The translations under genes and the position numbers were made by a program. A stretch of 64,000 bases of DNA, from positions 33,323 to 97,322 of the forward strand of contig JBMTCP010000002.1 of assembly GCA_049431025.1 (NCBI GenBank), in the 5' to 3' direction. Below, one piece after another: positions 57,387-64,000 of this stretch; within the stretch, counting starts at the first letter, position 1; each line of letters begins with the position of its first letter. This stretch comes from Bacteroidia bacterium (GTDB lineage: Bacteria > Bacteroidota > Bacteroidia > UBA7662). The notes under the pieces were generated by a model. That model saw only the letters and a list, made by a program, of their open reading frames with translations. It was not told where the DNA came from and searched no databases.

Positions 57387-60059
57387 ATGGGTATGAAGGC
57401 CGCACAAGTCAGACAGGTTTTTTTGGATTTTTTTGCTTCCAAAGGGCATCATATTGCAGCACCGGCCTCCTTGCTGGTTCAGGGTGATCCGACCCTCTTG
57501 TTCACCAACGCCGGCATGAATCCGTTCAAGGATTTGTTTTTGGGGAACAGAACCCCGGACCACCGACGGGTCGCCGATACCCAACCTTGTCTGCGGGTTT
57601 CGGGTAAGCACAACGATTTGGAGGACGTCGGCAAGGATACCTACCATCATACCCTCTTTGAGATGCTTGGAAACTGGTCTTTTGGGGACTATTTCAAAGA
57701 AGAAGCCATCGCCTGGGCTTGGGAATTGTTAACCGGTCCCTACGGCTTGGCCAAGGATAGGCTTTACGTCACCTATTTTGAAGGAGATGCCTCGGAGGGT
57801 TTGGAACCCGACCAGGAAGCCCGAGATTTTTGGATGCGCTGGATAGCCGAGGACCGAATTCTGCGTGGCAACAAAAAAGATAATTTTTGGGAAATGGGCG
57901 ATACCGGTCCCTGTGGTCCTTGTTCCGAAATCCACGTGGATTTGAGGTCCGAGGAAGAGCGAAGGGCCGTGGATGCACGCACCTTGGTGAACCGGGATCA
58001 CCCTCAGGTCATCGAATTGTGGAACCTGGTCTTTATGCAGTACCAACGCCTTGCGGATGGACGATTGCAGCCCTTGCCAGCCCGTCACGTGGATACCGGA
58101 ATGGGTTTTGAACGTTTGTGCCGCGCCGTGGTCGGCGCCTCCAGCAACTACGATACCGATGTTTTTGGTCCGTTGATTCAGCAGATTGAAGTCTGCTCGG
58201 GCATGCGTTACGGTTCAGGCAACGAAGCCGTTGATATTGCAATGCGTGTTGTGGCCGACCATATGCGAGCCGTTTGTTTGGTGATTGCCGACGGTCAATT
58301 GCCTTCCAACGCCAAAGCCGGTTATGTCTGTCGGCGCATCCTTCGTCGGGCCATTCGTTACGGTTATACCTACCTGGGATTTGAAGCTCCCACCCTTTAC
58401 CGTTTGGTGGATGCGGTGGTCTCCAGTCTTGGCGGTGTTCTGCCGCAATTGATTCGCGAAAAGACCCTCATCGAGCAGACCCTTCAGGCGGAGGAGACCA
58501 ATTTTTTGAGGACTTTGGCCAAGGGACTCCAAAGGATGGATCATTGGATGTCCGAAAATTCGTTAAGGTCAGGTGCAGCCATGGATGGAGATACCGCCTT
58601 TGAGCTATTTGATACGTACGGTTTCCCGCCGGACCTGATTGCCCTGGTTTTGACCGAAAAGGGATACCGCATGGATCATCAAGGTTTTGACAAGGCCATG
58701 CAGGTCCAAAAGGAGCGTTCCCGTTCCGCCACCCGTTTGGTGACCGGCGATTGGGAATGGATGAATTGGACGGCCGGCGATACATCCTTGGAAACCCAAT
58801 TTGTCGGTTACGACCACCTGGAATGCAAGAGCCGAATTCTCCGTCAAAGAACCGTTCAAAGTGGGGATTCCGAACAGGCCCAGTTGGTCCTCGAACAGAC
58901 TCCGTTTTACGCGGAATCCGGTGGTCAGGTGGGGGATACCGGCTACCTGGAATCCCCGGATGGTGAAATCGTTGAAGTTTTGGACGTCTTCAAAGAAAAT
59001 CATGTTTGGATTCATCGGGTGAATCGTTGGCCCGCCAATCCGGAACAGACGTTTCGTGCGGTGGTGGATGCTTCCAGAAGATCCAGCACGAGCGCCCATC
59101 ATAGCGCCACTCATCTTCTGCACACGGCATTACGTAAGCATTTGGGCAACCACGTCCAACAAAAAGGCTCCTTGGTTTCGCCGCATCAATTGCGCTTCGA
59201 CTTTGCCCATACAGGTCGTGTTACAGAACAACAAATACATGCCATTGTCGGGGAGGTCAATAGGGCTGTTCGTCAGGCTATGCCTTTGGTGGAATCCCGT
59301 GATGTTCCTATCCAACAAGCCATGGACGAAGGGGCAACGGCCTTGTTTGGCGAAAAATACGGGGATCGCGTCCGGGTGATTTCCTTTGGAGGAACCTATT
59401 CAATGGAGTTGTGTGGGGGGACCCATGTGGCGCATACCGGTCAAATTGGTTTTTTTCGGGTAATTTCCGAATCGGCTGTCGCATCGGGTATTCGGCGAAT
59501 CGAAGCGGTATGCGGGGCTCATGCCGAGGCTTGGGTCGAAGAACGATTGCAGCTGTTGGATAAGGTCAAGGTTTTGTTCAAAAACCCGGTAGACCTTTGG
59601 GCGCAAGCTTCTAAGAACCTCGAGGAATTGGCCCAACTTCGCAAAAAAATGGATGAATGGGAGCAAAGGAGGGTGGACAACTTGGTCCAAGAAGCCCAAA
59701 AGGAGTTTGAAGCGCATCCATCCGGTTCACCCTTTTTGGTGAAAATCTATGATTTACGCCATGCCGATTCCCTCAAATCCATGGCAACCAAATTGCGGAG
59801 CTACGACCCCAAAGCGATCGTTGTCTTGGGTTCCCTCATGGATGGTCGATTTCATGTGGCCCTGGCTTGCGGCGAAGCCTTGAGTCCAAGCCTGAATGCT
59901 GGTCACGCCCTGCGTGCTTTGTTAGGGACCCTGGGTGGTCAAGGTGGGGGTCAGGCCCATTTGGCCATGGGTAGTGCCGAATGGCCTACGTCCAAGGGTT
60001 TACCTCAGACAGAAACTTTAAAATCAGCCTTTGAACAGGCTTTGCTTAGTCTATCCTAG
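57387..60059 (+). CDS. alaS: Alanine--tRNA ligase
   Basis: 890 aa. FTNAGMNPFK, WNLVFMQY, editing-domain HSATHLLH, C-terminal DHHA1-like domain. An alternative ATG is at 57393. Confidence 0.95.
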   Translation: MGMKAAQVRQVFLDFFASKGHHIAAPASLLVQGDPTLLFTNAGMNPFKDLFLGNRTPDHRRVADTQPCLRVSGKHNDLEDVGKDTYHHTLFEMLGNWSFGDYFKEEAIAWAWELLTGPYGLAKDRLYVTYFEGDASEGLEPDQEARDFWMRWIAEDRILRGNKKDNFWEMGDTGPCGPCSEIHVDLRSEEERRAVDARTLVNRDHPQVIELWNLVFMQYQRLADGRLQPLPARHVDTGMGFERLCRAVVGASSNYDTDVFGPLIQQIEVCSGMRYGSGNEAVDIAMRVVADHMRAVCLVIADGQLPSNAKAGYVCRRILRRAIRYGYTYLGFEAPTLYRLVDAVVSSLGGVLPQLIREKTLIEQTLQAEETNFLRTLAKGLQRMDHWMSENSLRSGAAMDGDTAFELFDTYGFPPDLIALVLTEKGYRMDHQGFDKAMQVQKERSRSATRLVTGDWEWMNWTAGDTSLETQFVGYDHLECKSRILRQRTVQSGDSEQAQLVLEQTPFYAESGGQVGDTGYLESPDGEIVEVLDVFKENHVWIHRVNRWPANPEQTFRAVVDASRRSSTSAHHSATHLLHTALRKHLGNHVQQKGSLVSPHQLRFDFAHTGRVTEQQIHAIVGEVNRAVRQAMPLVESRDVPIQQAMDEGATALFGEKYGDRVRVISFGGTYSMELCGGTHVAHTGQIGFFRVISESAVASGIRRIEAVCGAHAEAWVEERLQLLDKVKVLFKNPVDLWAQASKNLEELAQLRKKMDEWEQRRVDNLVQEAQKEFEAHPSGSPFLVKIYDLRHADSLKSMATKLRSYDPKAIVVLGSLMDGRFHVALACGEALSPSLNAGHALRALLGTLGGQGGGQAHLAMGSAEWPTSKGLPQTETLKSAFEQALLSLS

Positions 60060-60074
60060 CATTTCCAATACCCC

Positions 60075-61532
60075 ATGAACACGGAAGTTATAACCAAATA
60101 TGAATTGATCGTGGGCTTGGAGGTCCATGTGCAATTAAATACCCAATCCAAAGCTTTTTGCGGCGATAGTACCGAATTTGGAGCCTTGCCCAATACATTG
60201 TTATCACCAATTTCGATGGGTCATCCCGGAACCCTTCCTCGGTTTAACCGACAGGTTTTGGAATACGGGATATTGTTGGGATTGGCGATGAATTGTCGTA
60301 TCCGAGAATACAACGAATTTGCACGGAAGAACTACTTCTATGCTGACCTCCCCAAGGGATACCAAATAACCCAACATTTGACGCCCTTGGCCTACGAGGG
60401 TTACTTGGATTTGGAAACCGAAACGGGTTTGCGAAGGGTGGGAATTACCCGCATACACATGGAAGAAGACGCTGGCAAAAGCATACACGACCAGGACCCT
60501 CTGGATACCTTAGTGGACTTGAACCGCTGCGGAGTTCCCTTGTTGGAGATTGTGTCCGAACCGGATATCCGAAGTGCTCGAGAGGCCTACCTTTATTTGC
60601 AAGAAATCCGTCGCTTGGTTCGCTACCTGGAGGTCTGCGATGGAAACATGGAGGAAGGTTCACTCCGTTGCGATGCCAATATTTCCATTAGACCTCACGG
60701 ATCCAGCGAGTTTGGGGCCAAGGTTGAGGTCAAAAACATGAATTCGATGCGCCACGTTCAAAAAGCCATCGAATACGAGTACCAAAGACAATGCGAAGCG
60801 ATCGAAATGGGGGAGCGCATCGTGTCCGAAACGCGCTCTTTTGACCCTCAGGCCCAAAACACCTTTGCCTTGCGTTCCAAGGAGGCTGCCAATGATTATC
60901 GTTATTTTCCCGAACCGGATTTACCACCAATCCGGGTAACCCAAGAAGAAGTTGATCGCATCAAGGCAAGTATGCCCCCGTTGCCGGCTGAGTTAACGGC
61001 TCGATTGACCAACGAAATGGGACTCAGTTCTTACGATGCCGGTGTGCTTTGCGATCAAAAGGATTTGGCGCTTTGGTTCTTGACCCTCCTATCAGACACT
61101 CCCCATACCAAGCAAGCTGCTAATTGGACCATGGGGCCTGTTAAAAGCTGGCTGAATGCTAAGGCCTTGTCTGTTGTTGATCTTCCAATTTCCGCGGCTT
61201 CACTTGCTCAGCTCATCAACGCAGTCCAAGATGAAAAACTAACCCATCACCAAGCCGTCCAGCAGGTTTGGCCAGCTTGGTTGGAGCAACCGGAAAGCCG
61301 CTTGGAGGATTTGCTCAAGGACCTGGGTTTGGGTGAACCGACCCAGGATGACAATTTGCCTTCCGTGGTGCAAGAGGTTCTGGCGGCCTACCCTGCCAAG
61401 GTGCAGGAATACCGTGACGGCAAAAAGGGTCTTTTGGCTTTGTTTATGGGGGAAATCATGAAAAGAACAGGAGGAAAGGCCCAACCGGCCAAAGCTTCGG
61501 CTATGCTTAAAGAGGCCCTGGAAGCTTTTTAG
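60075..61532 (+). CDS. gatB: Asp-tRNA(Asn)/Glu-tRNA(Gln) amidotransferase subunit B
   Basis: 485 aa. YELIVGLEVHVQL, EEDAGK, and a C-terminal YqeY-like domain. Confidence 0.95.
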   Translation: MNTEVITKYELIVGLEVHVQLNTQSKAFCGDSTEFGALPNTLLSPISMGHPGTLPRFNRQVLEYGILLGLAMNCRIREYNEFARKNYFYADLPKGYQITQHLTPLAYEGYLDLETETGLRRVGITRIHMEEDAGKSIHDQDPLDTLVDLNRCGVPLLEIVSEPDIRSAREAYLYLQEIRRLVRYLEVCDGNMEEGSLRCDANISIRPHGSSEFGAKVEVKNMNSMRHVQKAIEYEYQRQCEAIEMGERIVSETRSFDPQAQNTFALRSKEAANDYRYFPEPDLPPIRVTQEEVDRIKASMPPLPAELTARLTNEMGLSSYDAGVLCDQKDLALWFLTLLSDTPHTKQAANWTMGPVKSWLNAKALSVVDLPISAASLAQLINAVQDEKLTHHQAVQQVWPAWLEQPESRLEDLLKDLGLGEPTQDDNLPSVVQEVLAAYPAKVQEYRDGKKGLLALFMGEIMKRTGGKAQPAKASAMLKEALEAF

Positions 61533-61612
61533 GGGCGGTTTAACTTAATATGGACTTAACACGGTAGGCGTTATTTGATATATTCCTTCGTGGTGAAATA
61601 AGCCCTACAACC

Positions 61613-62317
61613 ATGTCAACCTCCGGTCCCTCCAAATTAACCAAAATTCTGGTCGTGGACGATGAGCCCGATATTTTGGAGATCATTTCGTACAACCTTT
61701 CCAAAGAGGGTTATTCGGTCAAGACGGCCGAAAACGGCCTGGATGCCCTCAAAGTCGCCAAGGATTTTATCCCCGATTTGGTTTTGCTTGATGTTATGAT
61801 GCCCAAAATGGACGGCATGGAAACCTGTAAACAACTTCGACAGATTCCTGCCCTCAAATCTTGTTTTGTCCTGTTCTTGACGGCCAGGGAAGAGGAATTT
61901 GTTGAAGTACTTTCCTTTCAGGCAGGGGCGGATGACTTTTTGACGAAGCCGATTAAGCCAAGGGCCTTGTTGAGTCGTATTGAAGCCATCTTACGTCGCG
62001 CTCAAAGCGAATCAACCCACGAGGTCTTGCACCGTTTGCAAGTAGGTGATTTGGTCATTGATCGTGAAGCCTACCGGGTGACGCAGGCGGGTCAAACCGT
62101 GCCTTTGGCACGAAAAGAATTTGAATTGCTTTTTCTGCTGGCTTCCAAACCGGGGAAGGTATTTACCAGGGACCAAATTTTGGAGCAAATTTGGGGTTCC
62201 GATGTGGTGGTTATAAACCGAACGATCGATGTTCATATCCGCAAGCTCCGCGAAAAGCTGGGTGATGCCTACATTAGCACGATTAAAGGTGTAGGCTATA
62301 AATTCGAGATTGAGTAA
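61613..62317 (+). CDS. OmpR/PhoB-family response regulator
   Basis: Receiver domain (VDDEPD, LLDVMMPKMDG, KP) and a winged-helix output domain (RTIDVHIRKLREKL, GVGYKF). Confidence 0.9.
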   Translation: MSTSGPSKLTKILVVDDEPDILEIISYNLSKEGYSVKTAENGLDALKVAKDFIPDLVLLDVMMPKMDGMETCKQLRQIPALKSCFVLFLTAREEEFVEVLSFQAGADDFLTKPIKPRALLSRIEAILRRAQSESTHEVLHRLQVGDLVIDREAYRVTQAGQTVPLARKEFELLFLLASKPGKVFTRDQILEQIWGSDVVVINRTIDVHIRKLREKLGDAYISTIKGVGYKFEIE

Positions 62318-63344
62318 GAAATTTTCACCGGGGCAGGTAGCAAGCCTGGTTTCGGTCCTTTCCTCGTTGGGTATTGCCCTAGCGTCTTGGTTCTTGGGCC
62401 TTTCTCAAGGAAAATCCATACTGTTGGTTTTGGTGACCGCCCTAACGGTGGGATGGTTGACCTGGTTTTTTGTTCGTCGTTTTGTTTTGGGGCAAGTCCA
62501 TCGCATCTTGGATTCCGTTCAACTAACCAAATTGTCCTTAGAGCACGATTTTGGCCATGTATCGTTTTCGGATCCCTTGGCTCAGGCCGAAGAAGTCGTC
62601 ACCAGGTGGACCAAAGAACAGAGCCTCAAACGAGACGAGCAGGAAAAACTGGAACGCTACCGTAAAGAGTTTTTGGGAAACGTATCCCATGAGCTCAAAA
62701 CGCCTATTTTCAATATCCAGGGTTATATCCACACCCTTCTGGATGGGGCCATGGACGACCCGGCCATCAACTTCAGCTTTCTTCAAAAGGCTGCACGTTC
62801 GGCTGATCGTATGGAAGCCTTGGTCAAAGATTTGTTGACCATCAGTGAATTAGAATCCGGTACCGTTCGCATGGAATGGGAGGATTTTGATTTGCATGAA
62901 TTGTTGCAGGATGTTTTTGATTCGGTGGATCATAAAGCCAAAAGCCGGGGGATTCAAATCGAAATCCAGGCCGGTTGTCAACCTCCATTCGGTGTTCGGG
63001 CCGATCGAAAAAAAATCAGGCAGGTCTTGGTCAATTTGCTTTCAAATTCGATTCACTACGGAAACGATAATGGCCTAACCCAGGTTGGAGTTTTTGATAT
63101 GGGGCAACAATTCCTGGTAGAAATTTCAGACAACGGCATGGGCATCGAGCCGGAGCATGTTCCCCGTCTTTTTGAACGTTTTTATCGGGTGGATAAGGGG
63201 CGTTCACGTTCCGAGGGAGGTACGGGTCTGGGTTTAGCGATTGTCAAGCATATGCTGGATGTCCATGGTAAGACTATTCATGTGCGGTCTACGCCCGGTT
63301 TGGGGTCCACATTTGGCTTTACCTTGAACAAGGCCCAGACCTAG
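62310..63344 (+). CDS. Sensor histidine kinase (PhoR/EnvZ-like HisKA + HATPase_c)
   Basis: Two adjacent TM helices. H-box SHELKTPI, N-box LLSNSIHY, G1 DNGMGI, G2 GGTGLGLAIV. The TTG start overlaps the response-regulator stop by 8 bp. Confidence 0.85.
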   Translation: MSKKFSPGQVASLVSVLSSLGIALASWFLGLSQGKSILLVLVTALTVGWLTWFFVRRFVLGQVHRILDSVQLTKLSLEHDFGHVSFSDPLAQAEEVVTRWTKEQSLKRDEQEKLERYRKEFLGNVSHELKTPIFNIQGYIHTLLDGAMDDPAINFSFLQKAARSADRMEALVKDLLTISELESGTVRMEWEDFDLHELLQDVFDSVDHKAKSRGIQIEIQAGCQPPFGVRADRKKIRQVLVNLLSNSIHYGNDNGLTQVGVFDMGQQFLVEISDNGMGIEPEHVPRLFERFYRVDKGRSRSEGGTGLGLAIVKHMLDVHGKTIHVRSTPGLGSTFGFTLNKAQT

Positions 63345-63366
63345 AACAAGGGCTTAACTTTGCGCC

Positions 63367-64000
63367 ATGAAGAGGCCCTCCTTTGAGGATATGATCTTGT
63401 GGCAAAAGGACGATGTGTTGGCGGTGAATAAACCGCCCTTGGTTGCCTCGCTGGATGAGCGTATTCCCGGTTCTGCCAGTCTACTTCGAATGGCCAAGGC
63501 ATGGAATCCTGCTCTAACGCCTTGCCATCGCTTGGACAAGGAAACCTCCGGCGTGATGCTGTTTGCGGCCTCCGAACAAGCTTACCGCTCGGTGGCCATT
63601 GCTTTTGAAAAAAGACAAGTGACCAAGGTTTATCACGCGATCGTCGGCGGTATTCACCGATTTGATCAGCAGGCCATCGACTTGCCTTTGGGTCAGGGCA
63701 GGGACGGCAGTGTTCGGGTCGATTTCCGGGACGGTAAATCGGCCTTGACCTATGTGCATAGTCTGGCCTACTTTAGGCATTTTACCTTGCTCGAATGTCG
63801 TCCGGTTACCGGGCGTACCCACCAAATACGGGTACACCTGGCTTCGCAAAATTGCCACATCGTGGCAGACCAGGTTTATGGCGGTGAATATCCTTTGTTA
63901 TCGGACATCAAAGGGCGCAAATACCGTATGTCCAAGGACCAAGAATTGGAAACCCCGATGATGCGTCGCTTAGCCTTGCATGCTTATGCGGTAAGCATTG
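63367..64000 (+). CDS. RluA-family pseudouridine synthase (3' end beyond window)
   Basis: Not in the ORF track because there is no stop within the window. My translation from the ATG at 63367 gives MKRPSFEDMILWQKDDVLAVNKPP...HRLDKETSGVMLFA...GRTHQIRVHLA. Confidence 0.8.
   Translation, partial: MKRPSFEDMILWQKDDVLAVNKPPLVASLDERIPGSASLLRMAKAWNPALTPCHRLDKETSGVMLFAASEQAYRSVAIAFEKRQVTKVYHAIVGGIHRFDQQAIDLPLGQGRDGSVRVDFRDGKSALTYVHSLAYFRHFTLLECRPVTGRTHQIRVHLASQNCHIVADQVYGGEYPLLSDIKGRKYRMSKDQELETPMMRRLALHAYAVSI

Overview
The window looks like about 64 kb of chromosome from a member of the Bacteroidota. Several things support that assignment. Five proteins carry type-A T9SS C-terminal sorting domains, and there is a PorQ-like beta-barrel. 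TAnnTTTG '-7' promoter boxes stand in place of -10/-35 boxes plus Shine-Dalgarno sites. The miaB / sigma-54 activator / lptE / secG / groES-groEL gene order is present, as I recall it from other Bacteroidota. The succinate dehydrogenase is the b558-type sdhCAB, and bshB1 is present. Coding density is very high: 56 CDS and one tRNA-Asp, with many 1-35 bp overlaps between neighbouring genes. Most of the content is core housekeeping: typA, cmk, dnaA, hisS, lgt, miaB, secG, groESL, sdhCAB, ribE, purB, smc, fmt, fbp, alaS and gatB. Other blocks are a Bacillus-like fadN-fadA-fadE beta-oxidation operon headed by a MarR gene, with fadD upstream, a small starch-related pair (GH13 amylase and a CBM-esterase), and an OmpR/PhoR-type two-component pair. 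I found no CRISPR array, transposase, integrase, phage gene, toxin-antitoxin pair or recognisable defence or biosynthetic island. I therefore cannot honestly point to a self-contained new multi-gene system. The observations most worth follow-up are: (1) a well-spaced sigma-54 -24/-12 element with stacked palindromes in front of groES-groEL, downstream of a receiver-less sigma-54 activator; (2) a HisRS with a changed histidine-pocket signature (GGGGMYSGL instead of GGGRYDxL), followed 9 bp later by an orphan histidine ammonia-lyase; (3) tandem paralogous T9SS cargo proteins carrying a thioredoxin-like CxPC motif; and (4) a 328-aa cytoplasmic orphan protein wedged between ribE and purB and overlapping both. 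All calls come from reading the translations and the DNA by eye. No database search was run.
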